Positions 1 to 10,265 of a stretch of DNA of 64,000 nucleotides are shown here, in pieces. The notes beneath the pieces were generated by a model. It made no database searches and was not told the DNA's origin. It was given only the letters and a program-made list of their open reading frames with translations. A program made the position numbers and the translations under genes. This DNA comes from Candidatus Moraniibacteriota bacterium (GTDB taxonomy: Bacteria; Patescibacteriota; Minisyncoccia; Moranbacterales; GCA-2747515). How positions within the stretch are numbered: the first letter of the stretch is position 1; each line of letters starts with the position of its first letter. The DNA lies in contig CP065011.1 in assembly GCA_016699795.1 (NCBI GenBank), positions 12,838 to 76,837 of the forward strand, written 5' to 3'.

Positions 1-2
1 AC

Positions 3-1166
3 GAAAAAAAAGAGGAGGATAAAAATCTATCACAAAATGCAAATAAGAATTTACCAAAAAAAGATTTTCAATTTCAAATACCCGTCGAAAGGAAATATAT
101 TATTCGTTTTGGACTTAATGCTATAAAAAATGTAGGAAAACCAGTTTCTAAAGAAATCGTAGCTGAACGAAAAAGAAATGGAAGGTTTGTTTCCCTTACA
201 AACTTTGTCGAACGAGTTCATACAAAAGATCTCAATAAAAAATCAATAGAAGCTCTTGCAAAAGTTGGTGCTTTAGAAATGATTTGTGAACGCAATACTA
301 TTTTAGGAAATATTGAAAATATTCTTGCTTTTTCAAAATCTAAAAGTAAAGAAAAAGAAAGTAATCAGTCATCTCTTTTTTCTGGAAGTTCTTTCACCCC
401 CCCATCCATTCGTCTCCGAAAGATTGAAGACTCAACACGATTTCAAAAGCTTCGCTGGGAACGAGAACTTTTGGGACTTTATGTAAGTGATCACCCCACA
501 TCAGAATACAAGGAATATCTTGATATGATGTGTCCACCCATACATGGACTTAACCTAAGTGATAATGACAAATCTGTAAGAATTGGAGGAGTTATTCAAG
601 CAGTCAAAGAAATACACCTTAAGGATAAAAAAACAATGGCTTTTGTAACACTTGAAAATACCACAGGATCAATTGAGGCGCTTGTTTTTCCAAAGACCTA
701 CAAAAAAACAAAAGAAACTTGGACATCCGGGTCTCTTGTTATCATAGATGGAAAAATTTCAACAAAAGATGGTGAATGTAAACTTATAACTAATTCCGTA
801 GCCCCTCTTCAAAGAGATGCTCTCGAAATGATCAACAGAATTAAGGCAACAAGAGCAATGTACCATCAAGATACACAAAAAGAACCCGCATCAATTTCTT
901 CCCAGCAAACCACTCACCAAAAAATAACTTCAGAAAATGAAGTTTTGCCATCCTTTATAGAAGAGAAGGATAATGTTCTTATTATTTTTATTCCGGAAAA
1001 TACATCCAAAAAAACTCTCGAGGAACTTTCTCTTTATTTACAAACATGTCCTAAGGGAGAAATGCTCATTTTTCTTAAATTAAAAAATAAAACCATTAAA
1101 ACCTCTTTTTCTCTTTCTTTTGACGATACTCATAAAAAAAATATTCAAAACATTCTTTCTCAATAA
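3..1166 (+). CDS. dnaE: DNA polymerase III alpha subunit, C-terminal portion (5'-partial; gene continues upstream of window)
   Basis: Frame-3 translation from the window edge is open and gives ...RFGLNAIKNVGKPVSKEIVAERKRNGRFVSLTNFVERV... (HhH region) followed by RWERELLGLYVSDHP and an OB-fold-like segment; listed ORF 279..1166 is the same frame; stop TAA at 1164-1166. Confidence 0.8.
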   Translation, partial: EKKEEDKNLSQNANKNLPKKDFQFQIPVERKYIIRFGLNAIKNVGKPVSKEIVAERKRNGRFVSLTNFVERVHTKDLNKKSIEALAKVGALEMICERNTILGNIENILAFSKSKSKEKESNQSSLFSGSSFTPPSIRLRKIEDSTRFQKLRWERELLGLYVSDHPTSEYKEYLDMMCPPIHGLNLSDNDKSVRIGGVIQAVKEIHLKDKKTMAFVTLENTTGSIEALVFPKTYKKTKETWTSGSLVIIDGKISTKDGECKLITNSVAPLQRDALEMINRIKATRAMYHQDTQKEPASISSQQTTHQKITSENEVLPSFIEEKDNVLIIFIPENTSKKTLEELSLYLQTCPKGEMLIFLKLKNKTIKTSFSLSFDDTHKKNIQNILSQ

Positions 1167-1175
1167 ATACTCTTT

Positions 1176-3035
1176 TTATTCGTGAGAAGAAAAATACCAT
1201 TCGTAAACTTTCTTTGCTATTGGAACAGCATGATACCCATCTTTTTCTTGCTCTTCCAAGAGAACAATTAAAACAATTTCAGGATTTTCATAAGGAGCAA
1301 AAGAAGCAAACCATCCATGTGTTTTTTCTTTATTACCATATTCTGCTGTTCCCGTTTTCCCTGCTACAGTGAAAGGAAGATCCTTTAAAGACATCGCTGT
1401 ACCCTCTGTGACAGTCATACGCATACCCTCGCGAACAATCCGTAGTATTTTGTCATCAATGCCCACAGAAGTTCCTTCTTTAGAAATTCGTTTAATAATA
1501 TCTCCTTCAGGAGATCTCATATAGGAAGCCACCGTCGGAATAAATTTAGTTCCTCCATTAGCGATGGCTGAAATGGAAATAGCTACTTGAAGCGGTGTCG
1601 CTCGAAGATATCCCTGTCCAATTGATGAATGATACGTATTTCCGATATACCATTTTTCATGTATATTTTCTTCTTTCCATTGAGCGTCCGGTATCAATCC
1701 CCCACTCTCACTCGGAAGATCAATTTGAGTTACTTCCCCATAACCGAAACGTTTCTCATACTCTTTCATTTTTTCCATACCAAGCCCTTTAACATTTCCA
1801 TAGCCCCCTCCAACACTATAAAAAAATACATCCCCAGAAACAGCTATCGCTTGACGAACATCAGTAAATCCATGAGCTTTCCAATCACCAAAGAAAGAAC
1901 CTCCAACAGAAATACCACCCGTACTTTCCACACGAGTACTCTCATTAATAGTCCCCTCATTGAGAGCTGCAGCCGCTAGAACGGGTTTTATCGTAGAAGC
2001 TGGTGGGTATTCCCCTGAGACAACTCTATTAAATAAAGGCTTATCTTTATTTTGAAATATCTCTTGATAAAGTTCTTTATTTCTATTTTGAGAAAAAATA
2101 TTATTATCATACGAAGGAAAACTTACCAAGGCTAAAATTTCTCCATTTCTCGGATCCATAGCCACAGCAGATCCGCGAGAAAGTTTATTTTTCTCCATTT
2201 CTTCACGCATAGTATCAAAAAGTATCTTTTGCAAGCCTCCGTCAAGAGAAAGGATAACATCATTTCCTGACTTTGGATCTTGCGTAGAAATCTCTTTTCG
2301 TACACGCCCGAAAGCATCAACTTCAACTTTATAAGCACCGTGAGTTCCTCGCAATAAAGATTCGTATTCTTTCTCAATTCCACTTCGCCCCACTGAATCA
2401 GTAAGGAGATAATTCGGATACGTCTGAATATCTTTTGTAGTCAAAGCACTTTCGTAACCAAGAATATGAGAGAAAATAACACTATCTTCATATTGACGAG
2501 AAACTGATTTTTTCAAAACCACACCAGGAAACTCATTTTCCCTTTCAGAAAATCGAAGTATTTCATCTCTCGTGAGATCTTTTTTAAGAAGAACTTCCGA
2601 AAAAACCATTTTTCCTCCATATTCAAAAGCTTTTTCAATATCTTCACGAGAAATATTAAATATTTCTTTAAGTTTAAAATATCCTTCAATATCACGAGAA
2701 ATAACATCTTCAGTAAATCTCAAAACAAGACTTACTGAAGGAATATTATATACCAATTGTTGACCCTTTCGATCAAATATTTTTCCCCTCGGCGCTTCAA
2801 TAGGAATAATTCTCAGTGCATTTTCTCGAGAGATCTCTGTATAATATTCTCCTTTTACAATTCCCAAATGAACAATTCGAAAAAAGAATACCATAAAAAG
2901 AAAAAAGGTTATTCCCAAAAGTATGCGCAAATTTTTCATTCGAAAAGGAATGTCCATCCAAGCACGTTCTTCTTCCGAAGCGCTTAAAATAGAATCGTCA
3001 ATTTCATATCTACTGCCCAAAGAAACCTTAATCAT
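1176..3035 (-). CDS. mrdA: Penicillin-binding protein 2 (peptidoglycan D,D-transpeptidase)
   Basis: N-terminal TM anchor; transpeptidase motifs STIKP (SxxK), SGD-like (AVSGDVFFY) and KTGTAE (KTG); start placed at internal ATG (3035-3033, MIKVSLGSRYEIDD...) rather than the ORF-track start at 3137, which would overlap mreD by 85 nt. Confidence 0.8.
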   Translation of the reverse strand: MIKVSLGSRYEIDDSILSASEEERAWMDIPFRMKNLRILLGITFFLFMVFFFRIVHLGIVKGEYYTEISRENALRIIPIEAPRGKIFDRKGQQLVYNIPSVSLVLRFTEDVISRDIEGYFKLKEIFNISREDIEKAFEYGGKMVFSEVLLKKDLTRDEILRFSERENEFPGVVLKKSVSRQYEDSVIFSHILGYESALTTKDIQTYPNYLLTDSVGRSGIEKEYESLLRGTHGAYKVEVDAFGRVRKEISTQDPKSGNDVILSLDGGLQKILFDTMREEMEKNKLSRGSAVAMDPRNGEILALVSFPSYDNNIFSQNRNKELYQEIFQNKDKPLFNRVVSGEYPPASTIKPVLAAAALNEGTINESTRVESTGGISVGGSFFGDWKAHGFTDVRQAIAVSGDVFFYSVGGGYGNVKGLGMEKMKEYEKRFGYGEVTQIDLPSESGGLIPDAQWKEENIHEKWYIGNTYHSSIGQGYLRATPLQVAISISAIANGGTKFIPTVASYMRSPEGDIIKRISKEGTSVGIDDKILRIVREGMRMTVTEGTAMSLKDLPFTVAGKTGTAEYGNKEKTHGWFASFAPYENPEIVLIVLLEEQEKDGYHAVPIAKKVYEWYFSSHE

Positions 3036-3052
3036 ATTCTCTTCCAAAAAAA

Positions 3053-3571
3053 TTACTTTAAATATCTTTTTGTATAAAAATATTTTACTATTCCATACAC
3101 TATCCAGAAAAAAATCAAAGAAATAATTCCATACCAAAAAGAAAAATTCATTTCGTCCCTTAGTATAACAAAAAAAGAATCAGGATTAAATCCTAAATAC
3201 TTTCGACCAAAAAAAGTCATCATTTGAAAAAAACTAAGAGAAATTAAAACGAAAAGGGAGATAATTCCAATGCCTAAAATTTTTCTCCCCGAAACAATAC
3301 GACGAGAAAGAAGGGAAATTCCATAAGAAGAAAGAAGAAGAGGAATAATGCCAAAACCAAATGACTCAAAAAAAAGACTATCATACAAAAATCCTAATAT
3401 AAGAACTCCAATAATTTTATCATCGAATCCATAAAGGAGTATCCATGCAAGAGCAATGAATACAATTACATTGGGAGCAAAAAACTCATAAGGAAATAGT
3501 ACATTTACAAAGACTATCTGAAAGGTAATAATACTTAAATAAAAAAATATTTTCAAAAAAATATTTATCAT
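3053..3571 (-). CDS. mreD: Rod shape-determining protein MreD-like polytopic membrane protein
   Basis: 172 aa, ~5 hydrophobic helices, sits between mreC and PBP2 with 4-nt overlap to mreC (ATGA-type coupling). Confidence 0.6.
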   Translation of the reverse strand: MINIFLKIFFYLSIITFQIVFVNVLFPYEFFAPNVIVFIALAWILLYGFDDKIIGVLILGFLYDSLFFESFGFGIIPLLLSSYGISLLSRRIVSGRKILGIGIISLFVLISLSFFQMMTFFGRKYLGFNPDSFFVILRDEMNFSFWYGIISLIFFWIVYGIVKYFYTKRYLK

Positions 3572-4377
3572 ATCCCCGTATTCACGGAAATAAATTCCAG
3601 ATCTGAAAAAGAAAATCCTTGGTCAATGGTTGCTTGTTGAGCTAATCCATCATCACTCATTCGAATATCTCGGACTTTTCCCACAAAGAGATCTGGTGGG
3701 TAAAGAACTCCGATATCAGAAGTGATTATACGATCTCCTTCAGAAAGAGCTTCTGTAGAAAGAACCATATCAAGAAGAAGTCCGAGACCGTATCGGCCTC
3801 GAACAATGCCTTTTGTTCGTGAATCCGAAACTCGAACATTTACAACACTCTCTTGACTTGTAAGTAATTTTATTCGAGAAGCATTTGAATACACTTCCTC
3901 GATACGACCAATGAGAATTGAAGAATAAGCAAAAACAGGCATTCCTATTTTAAAATTCTTGTTATTTCCTTTATCAATAACGATCCATTCACCTTCTTTT
4001 TCATCTCCATATCCAATAATTCTCGCCATTTCCATCTTCTTTTCTAATTTCAAAGAAAGGTTTAATTGCTCCCGAAGTAATTCATTTTCAGAAGAAGCTG
4101 ATTCTAATTCAGCTATTCGAGATTCTAAACGTTTATTCTCATAAAAAAGTTGTTCATTCGTAGAACGAATATTTGAAAAACCTGAAAACAAAGCAAATCT
4201 TTTTCGTATTTCAAAAGAGAAAGATGATAAGGGGGAAGCAACGGGAGAAATAACTGTCCAGAAAAAAGATCGAATAGGATAGAGTGTTTTCCCTATAAAA
4301 AGAAAAGATATTCCCAAAAAAAGAATAACTACAATACCTATTTGAACTTTTTTCTGCCCAAAAATAGATTGTCGCAT
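3568..4377 (-). CDS. mreC: Rod shape-determining protein MreC
   Basis: N-terminal TM helix, coiled-coil segment (ENKRLESRIAELESASSENELLREQLNL) then beta-rich periplasmic domain; position between mreB and mreD. Confidence 0.75.
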   Translation of the reverse strand: MRQSIFGQKKVQIGIVVILFLGISFLFIGKTLYPIRSFFWTVISPVASPLSSFSFEIRKRFALFSGFSNIRSTNEQLFYENKRLESRIAELESASSENELLREQLNLSLKLEKKMEMARIIGYGDEKEGEWIVIDKGNNKNFKIGMPVFAYSSILIGRIEEVYSNASRIKLLTSQESVVNVRVSDSRTKGIVRGRYGLGLLLDMVLSTEALSEGDRIITSDIGVLYPPDLFVGKVRDIRMSDDGLAQQATIDQGFSFSDLEFISVNTGI

Positions 4378-4620
4378 AAATAACTCTTTGTTATACTCTT
4401 TCCCAAACCGGATTACCTATAATGAAAGCTTGAGATTCTAAACAAGAACTGTAAAAATCGAGGAGTGCTATCAAGATAACATGATGAAATTTTTATCAAT
4501 TCACAGTTAGAATATAAAGATTTCACGCGTACTATAGTTTGGAAAAGAGTATGTATATACAAAAACTTCAGAGAATTTCTTACCATTCAAAAATTTTTAA
4601 ACATTCCTTTGGAAATCTCC

Positions 4621-5706
4621 CTAAAGAAGTGGTCTATCATCCCCCGTTTCCACCAAAACTTCTCGAAGTTCCTCCAAATTTTCCAAAACAATTCCCGTTC
4701 CTCGAGCAACGGCCGTTAATGGATCATCCATAATACGAACTGGAATTTCTGTTTCATTGGCAATAAATACATCAAGATTTCTAATTAAACTACCTCCCCC
4801 TGCAAGAATAATACCTCGTTGCATAATGTCAGACAATAATTCTGGCGGTGTTTCTTCTACAATCGTTTTAATCGTATTGACAATAACCCGAAGCGAACGA
4901 GAAATTGCCTCTCGAATATGCGAATCATTTATAATCAATTCTTTGGGGATTCCTGTAACTAAATCTCGTCCACGAACAGCAACTTCGATAGGCTCTGCTA
5001 AAAGAGTTGCACTTCCTGCGGTAATTTTCACATTTTCAGCAGTACGTTCTCCAATAAGCATATTGTATTCGTCACGCATATACCGAATAATATCCTCATT
5101 CATCTCATCACCCGCGATACGAAGTGATCGAGCAGCCACAACACCACCCAGAGAAATAACTGCGATTTCCGAAGTTCCTCCCCCTATATCCACTATCATA
5201 TTTCCGGATGCTTGAATAACGGGTATTCTTGCACCAATCGCTGCGGCCATTGGCTCATCGATAAGATAGGCTTCGCGCGCACCCGCCATAAGAGTGGCAT
5301 CAATAACTGCCCGACGTTCTACCTCGGTAACTCCACAAGGAATCCCCACTAATACTCGTGGTCGAGGAACAAGTGAAAAAGACTCTTTATGAACTTTTTC
5401 TATAAAATACCGAAGCATTTGATGCGTTATTTCAAAGTCACTTATAACACCATCTACTAATGGACGAGAGGCCACGATATGACTCGGCGTCCTCCCTACC
5501 ATCTTCTTCGCTTCAGTTCCTATAGCCAAAACCTGTCCTGTTCTTTTGTTAATAGCCACAACAGAAGGCTCATTGATAACTATTCCTTTTCCACGAACAT
5601 ATACCAACGTATTTGCAGTGCCAAGATCAATTCCAATATCTTTGGAAATACTACCAAAAAGAAACCCCGTTGTTTTTCTTGATATCTTTTTTATCGATTC
5701 TAACAT
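4621..5706 (-). CDS. mreB: Rod shape-determining actin homologue MreB
   Basis: IGIDLGTANTLVYVRGKGIVINEPSVVA..., DIGGGTSEIAVISLGGVV and ILAGGGSLIRNLD actin-fold motifs; start taken at internal ATG (MLESIKKISRK...) 5706; ORF-track start 5766 adds 20 non-conserved residues. Confidence 0.9.
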   Translation of the reverse strand: MLESIKKISRKTTGFLFGSISKDIGIDLGTANTLVYVRGKGIVINEPSVVAINKRTGQVLAIGTEAKKMVGRTPSHIVASRPLVDGVISDFEITHQMLRYFIEKVHKESFSLVPRPRVLVGIPCGVTEVERRAVIDATLMAGAREAYLIDEPMAAAIGARIPVIQASGNMIVDIGGGTSEIAVISLGGVVAARSLRIAGDEMNEDIIRYMRDEYNMLIGERTAENVKITAGSATLLAEPIEVAVRGRDLVTGIPKELIINDSHIREAISRSLRVIVNTIKTIVEETPPELLSDIMQRGIILAGGGSLIRNLDVFIANETEIPVRIMDDPLTAVARGTGIVLENLEELREVLVETGDDRPLL

Positions 5707-5865
5707 AATAAGTTTTTCTGTATAATGCTTACTCCTATTATATGGTAAAAAGCTAATAAAAAGCAATTATCGAACTTTCTTCATACTATTCCTAAAATAA
5801 AGACAAGAAAAAAGCTCGTTCGAAAAATATTTCATTCGAAGAGCTTTTAAAAAGAGAACGCTATT

Positions 5866-6129
5866 CTATAACCTTTTTTTGGGATATTTCAATAAAGTTT
5901 CAAATGATACATTCTTATCATCAAGATAACGGAACCACTCGAACCAGAGGCGTAAAAAAAGAATTCCGAAATCATACTTACGGGGAAGACTATTTGCCTT
6001 TCTTATTCCATTACGAACACCCAAAAGTATATGATGCGTTTTCTCAGGATAAATAAATCCCATAGAACCCATTTCCTGACCCAGATCGTAAAGCTCTTCG
6101 GAAGTCATTTCTTCGATTTTTTTACTCAT
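5866..6129 (-). CDS. Hypothetical small protein (87 aa)
   Basis: ORF only; upstream of mreB in same orientation; no recognisable motif. Confidence 0.35.
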   Translation of the reverse strand: MSKKIEEMTSEELYDLGQEMGSMGFIYPEKTHHILLGVRNGIRKANSLPRKYDFGILFLRLWFEWFRYLDDKNVSFETLLKYPKKRL

Positions 6130-6268
6130 CGTATTTTCCTCTTCGTTTGCAAGGTTTCAAAAGAACACTATCCCCCATCGAAATTAAAGAAATAAAAGAA
6201 GAATGTCAAGCTGTTATTGCTTAAAAAAGAAATATTGTTACACTTAAAAAACAAGCAAATAAAAAATT

Positions 6269-6835
6269 ATGACCATCGATATTTTTATAGGATTTTTTAC
6301 TGGATTCATCTTCTCTTTTTCTCTTGATGTAGAATATTTTCCTTGGATTATGCTTTTTGGAATATTCTCCTCTTTAGCACCAGATATCGATTTTCTTTTT
6401 TGGGCATGGAAAAAAAAGTGGCGCATCAACCACTATGCTCATGAACATAGGGATATCTTACATCATCCTCTTTGGTTTTCTTTTGGTGGTGGTTTTCTTC
6501 TTTCTTTTTTTCTTCCCTATGAATTCGTTATTGTTTGGATTCTTGCAACACTTTTTCATTTTTTTCATGACACCTTAGATGGTGGTTGGGGTATTCTTTG
6601 GCTTCCTTGGCCATTTCCCAAAAAATTAAGAGAAATTTATTTTACGCTTGCACTTTATAGTCCAAAAAAAATAATTCGAGGAAGAAAAGAACAACGAAAA
6701 ATAGCAAAAGAATATGGAAATAGAGCATGGTTTTCAGAAGAAAAGAAAAATAATAAAAAGTTGAAGATTTTAGTTATTTTCATTCTTCTCTCCCTATTCT
6801 TTTTATTCTTTCAAAAATATTTCTTTAATATTTAA
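6269..6835 (+). CDS. Membrane-bound metal-dependent hydrolase-like protein (YdjM/DUF457-like)
   Basis: Polytopic membrane protein with His-rich loops HYAHEHRDILHHPLWF and FHFFHDTLDGGWG typical of membrane-embedded metal-dependent hydrolases; clean ATG start. Confidence 0.45.
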   Translation: MTIDIFIGFFTGFIFSFSLDVEYFPWIMLFGIFSSLAPDIDFLFWAWKKKWRINHYAHEHRDILHHPLWFSFGGGFLLSFFLPYEFVIVWILATLFHFFHDTLDGGWGILWLPWPFPKKLREIYFTLALYSPKKIIRGRKEQRKIAKEYGNRAWFSEEKKNNKKLKILVIFILLSLFFLFFQKYFFNI

Positions 6836-6915
6836 AAAACTTGTATTCTTTCAATCCTCTTCTTTTTTACATCCGCAATCCTCACCTTTTCAAATTTTAT
6901 GAAATAATGAATCCT

Positions 6916-8088
6916 CTATCCATATATTTCATCATTTTTTAAACTCTCCAATACCGAAAAAATATACTCTTCAATACGTGGAAATTTTCTTTTCAAATAC
7001 TCTGGAGATGTAACGTGTAGCCGAACAGCCTCAGCAAAGAATTCATCATATTTTATCGTGTCATCTTTATACATACCCGCATATTCAGTTATGTATTCGC
7101 TATCCTCTACAAGGTCCTCCCATTTTTTTCGATCATTTTTTAGAACAAGATATTCGTATATATGATGAGCAACTTCATGAGCTACTGTACCCAACTTATA
7201 CTGTTTCATTTTTTCCTTTTCTGAAAAAATAGAAAGGTATTCGAAACGATTCGGATCTTCCCCATAAAAACTATACAAACGAATTGGGGTAGGAATAAAT
7301 TTTTTGCTAAATTCTTGATCTGTATTCCAAAAAACAAAAGATTCAGCTCGAAACTTTCTCTCTTTTATTTCTGGCATTTTTGCCTCCCATTCAATATAGC
7401 TATCCACAGGAAGTATGTAATCTATCCCCTTTATTTGAATATTCACCGTTTCAGAAAAATATTGAATCTTTGATAGTAAACATTTTTTAAGAAGTTTCTC
7501 TCCAAATGAATCAAAAAGAAAATTTTTAAGATCTTTTGTGTCTGGGTCAGAGTCAATGCCTAAAAATTCAATTTCTTTATCTTCATTTTCAACCAATGCC
7601 TTATCATAAGATTGAGCTTTCAAGAAAGTTTCTAATAAAGCATATATTTGGGCATTTTTACTTTCATATTGATCGTAAATTTTTTCAAAGTTACAATAAG
7701 GCCTTTCTTTTAAAAAATTTATTTTTGTATTTTCATCTCCTTCAAAAAAAGATATAGCTTCTTCTATTTGTTTTTCCGAAACATTTGGCAAAATTTCATT
7801 TTCAAATTCTTCTCTATGAAATGCTATTTTTTGTACCAAATTCTCAAGATCAATATCTCTTACTGCATATTCCTTATAATGCTCTTGCGCATACTGAGAA
7901 AGATTTTCCATGAAAAGATTTTTTTCTTCCTTTTCATTTCTATATTCACGTCGTAGTTCTTTTCCTCTTTGATATCCTTCTGTCATTCTCTCTTGCTCCC
8001 ATATTTCTTTTCTTTTTTCTTTGTTCGATTCTTTTCGCAATTCCTGAGAAAGTTCATACCTATATTTTTGAAAATCTAAATTCTCCAT
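6916..8088 (-). CDS. Hypothetical protein with HExxH zinc-metallopeptidase-like motif
   Basis: E/K-rich coiled-coil N-terminus; C-terminal TVAHEVAHHIYEY (HExxH) with downstream DEFFAEAV (candidate third-ligand Glu). Confidence 0.5.
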   Translation of the reverse strand: MENLDFQKYRYELSQELRKESNKEKRKEIWEQERMTEGYQRGKELRREYRNEKEEKNLFMENLSQYAQEHYKEYAVRDIDLENLVQKIAFHREEFENEILPNVSEKQIEEAISFFEGDENTKINFLKERPYCNFEKIYDQYESKNAQIYALLETFLKAQSYDKALVENEDKEIEFLGIDSDPDTKDLKNFLFDSFGEKLLKKCLLSKIQYFSETVNIQIKGIDYILPVDSYIEWEAKMPEIKERKFRAESFVFWNTDQEFSKKFIPTPIRLYSFYGEDPNRFEYLSIFSEKEKMKQYKLGTVAHEVAHHIYEYLVLKNDRKKWEDLVEDSEYITEYAGMYKDDTIKYDEFFAEAVRLHVTSPEYLKRKFPRIEEYIFSVLESLKNDEIYG

Positions 8089-8118
8089 ATTTTACTATTT
8101 ATACATATTCGGTTTTTC

Positions 8119-8757
8119 TCATTTTTCTTTCTCAATAAATTTAGAATAATAATGATCAATATCACGTATCCACTTAGCTGTTGATTCATCGTTTTTATCA
8201 CACAAACTTCCACATTTCCAAACTACCATATCTTGTGGAGTTTCTTTTTGATATACATATACCAATTCATGAATTCTCTTTCCTACAGCTCGAACAGCCT
8301 CTTCAGGACTAGAAAAACAACTATACCCTGAAGAACCTAATGTATTACTCCTATCACGAAAACCCCAATAATTATAACAATCCTTTCCTTCAAAAAGAGG
8401 AACTCGTTTTCCCCAGTTACTTTCTTTTTTTGCAATACCTACCAAAAAAGCAGCTGTTTTTTCATCAAAACGTCCTATATAACGACTCATCTTTTCAATA
8501 GGATGTCCCTTAGTCATTTCTAAAACTTTTTTCTCTAAGGTTTTATCATAAGGAACAATCCAATCAGGAACTATCGTAGTAGAAAGGATATCAAGCGTTC
8601 GATCACCAATTCCCCGAAACAAAAAAGATACAAGAATAAACCAAAAAGTAAATCCCCATAAAAGCCAAAGATAAAGCTTTTTCGGTCTTTTTCTTTGTAT
8701 GGCGAGATTAGAGGATGTGCTCTTTATTTTTTTCTTTATTTTTGTCTCCCGTTTCAT
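8119..8757 (-). CDS. Hypothetical membrane-anchored/secreted protein (212 aa)
   Basis: Basic N-terminus followed by one TM helix, Cys-containing extracytoplasmic domain (IAKKESNWGK..., faintly lytic-transglycosylase-like). Confidence 0.4.
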   Translation of the reverse strand: MKRETKIKKKIKSTSSNLAIQRKRPKKLYLWLLWGFTFWFILVSFLFRGIGDRTLDILSTTIVPDWIVPYDKTLEKKVLEMTKGHPIEKMSRYIGRFDEKTAAFLVGIAKKESNWGKRVPLFEGKDCYNYWGFRDRSNTLGSSGYSCFSSPEEAVRAVGKRIHELVYVYQKETPQDMVVWKCGSLCDKNDESTAKWIRDIDHYYSKFIEKEK

Positions 8758-8766
8758 AAAAATCTG

Positions 8767-9396
8767 TTAAAATTTCCATTTTTGAATAAGAGGTATATAT
8801 GCATCCAAACGAAATCGTTTCATTTGTAAATATTTTAAAATAAGAAAAAGCCCCCCGAGAACATACACCTTCATCATTTCCCCTTCCCACATACTTGAGT
8901 GTATCAAAACAAGAAATAATGTTGGATAAGCAAGGTATTGAATTCGTTTCCAATTTTTTTGAAAAAATTTTATAGACACGTCATTGGATGTGAGCCCCAA
9001 AACAATCATCATCAAAAGTGCGATTCCAGCATAGAGAAGATGATTTGTAAATCCAAAAAAATCGCTTGGATTCAGAAGTCGGTATTGATATATAAAACCG
9101 ATACCGTGAAATAATGAAAACCAAAATACAGCAACTCCTAATTGACGCCTGTAGGTAAGTGCTCGTTTGAGAAATTGTAATGGAACAATGAATGCTATAG
9201 GCTTCATAAATAAAATAATGAGCAGTCCAATCTGAGCTATTTGTCCAAACGTACCAAAAACATCCACAGAAGGAAAAAAGATGCTCAAAAACAATCCACC
9301 CAAAGGAATTACACCATAGGAAAGAATGTCTAAAACTTTTTTTATTTTCGGAGAAATTCCTATAGGCAAAAGAATTTTTTGAATATACTGTTCCAT
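8767..9396 (-). CDS. Ferric-reductase-like transmembrane (MsrQ/YedZ-like) domain protein
   Basis: ~6 TM helices with His in consecutive helices (FSLFHGIGF, LVLIHSS), a pattern typical of bis-heme ferric reductase domain. Confidence 0.4.
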   Translation of the reverse strand: MEQYIQKILLPIGISPKIKKVLDILSYGVIPLGGLFLSIFFPSVDVFGTFGQIAQIGLLIILFMKPIAFIVPLQFLKRALTYRRQLGVAVFWFSLFHGIGFIYQYRLLNPSDFFGFTNHLLYAGIALLMMIVLGLTSNDVSIKFFQKNWKRIQYLAYPTLFLVLIHSSMWEGEMMKVYVLGGLFLILKYLQMKRFRLDAYIPLIQKWKF

Positions 9397-9549
9397 ACTA
9401 ATTGAAAAAAATAGAGCTTATTCTTATAATAACATAAGATTCATTATTTTTCTTGTTTTCAAATAAGAGATTTCCATGTATCGTAAATAAGGAACATGCT
9501 TTAACTCTTATTTGTTAAAGATACTATTAATTTCATTTATTTTACCGCG

Positions 9550-10134
9550 ATGGATTCCAAAATTAAAGAAATTCTCGAAAAAATCGACAAACTCCAAAAA
9601 TCTTTACAAAAAGAACAGATCCGTCTTTCAAAAAAATATGGATTCTTCATTCAACAAAAGAAAGTTATATTTCTTGAAAAAATCAAAAAAAGAAATAGAA
9701 CATTCCGCATCCCTGCATGGAAGTATCTTCTACCCAAAAACATACGTCATTTTCTCTCCATTCCCTTCATTTATTCTATGATTATTCCTGCTCTAGTACT
9801 TGATATTTTCATAACTATCTATCATCACACAACATTTCCTCTTTATGGTATTCCCAAAGTAAAAAGAAGTGATTTTATTATATATGATCGAAGATTTCTT
9901 GATTATCTCAATGTTATCCAAAAAATTCATTGCCTTTATTGTAGCTATCTAAATGGACTCCTTGCCTATTCTATGGAAATAGCAGGGCGAACTGAACGCT
10001 ACTGGTGTCCAATAAAATCTTCCTATAATAAAAATGTATTTACTCACAATTGGTACAGAGATTTTGCTGACTATGGAGATCCTGAGGATTGGAAGAATAA
10101 ATTCAATGATCATGAAGTTTTCGAAAAAAAATAG
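9550..10134 (+). CDS. Hypothetical protein (194 aa), one hydrophobic segment, Cys-rich C-terminal half
   Basis: ORF with coiled-coil N-term; CLYCSY...YWCP cysteines; followed by hairpins. Confidence 0.4.
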   Translation: MDSKIKEILEKIDKLQKSLQKEQIRLSKKYGFFIQQKKVIFLEKIKKRNRTFRIPAWKYLLPKNIRHFLSIPFIYSMIIPALVLDIFITIYHHTTFPLYGIPKVKRSDFIIYDRRFLDYLNVIQKIHCLYCSYLNGLLAYSMEIAGRTERYWCPIKSSYNKNVFTHNWYRDFADYGDPEDWKNKFNDHEVFEKK

Positions 10135-10164
10135 AAAATAGAAAAAATTTTCAAACGATTCTTA

Positions 10165-10243
10165 CCTATAAAGTTTTTTAACTTTATAGGTAATCCTATT
10201 CAAAATTAAAAGAGTCGCACATCTTTCGATGGCAACTCTTTTA
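10165..10243. terminator. Two adjacent hairpins forming a bidirectional terminator between convergent genes
   Basis: Perfect 11-bp inverted repeat cctataaagtt/aactttatagg (10165-10190) and 10-bp stem aaagagtcgc/gcaactcttt (10208-10241) followed by ttttaatt; lies between convergent stop codons at 10134 and 10266. Confidence 0.5.
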
Positions 10244-10265
10244 ATTCAAGAAAAAAACATTCTTT

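Noticed and set aside
1595-3126. Several plus-strand ORFs (1595..1792, 1629..1979, 2572..2763, 2757..2987, 2923..3126) and minus-strand ORFs (2132..2383, 2513..2707) inside the PBP2 gene
   Set aside because: They lie entirely within, antisense to or out of frame with a strongly supported PBP2 gene, and are low-complexity translations of AT-rich DNA
4539-4733. 64-aa plus-strand ORF in the mreC-mreB spacer running into mreB
   Set aside because: Overlaps the 3' end of mreB on the opposite strand; Pro/Phe-rich product; no RBS
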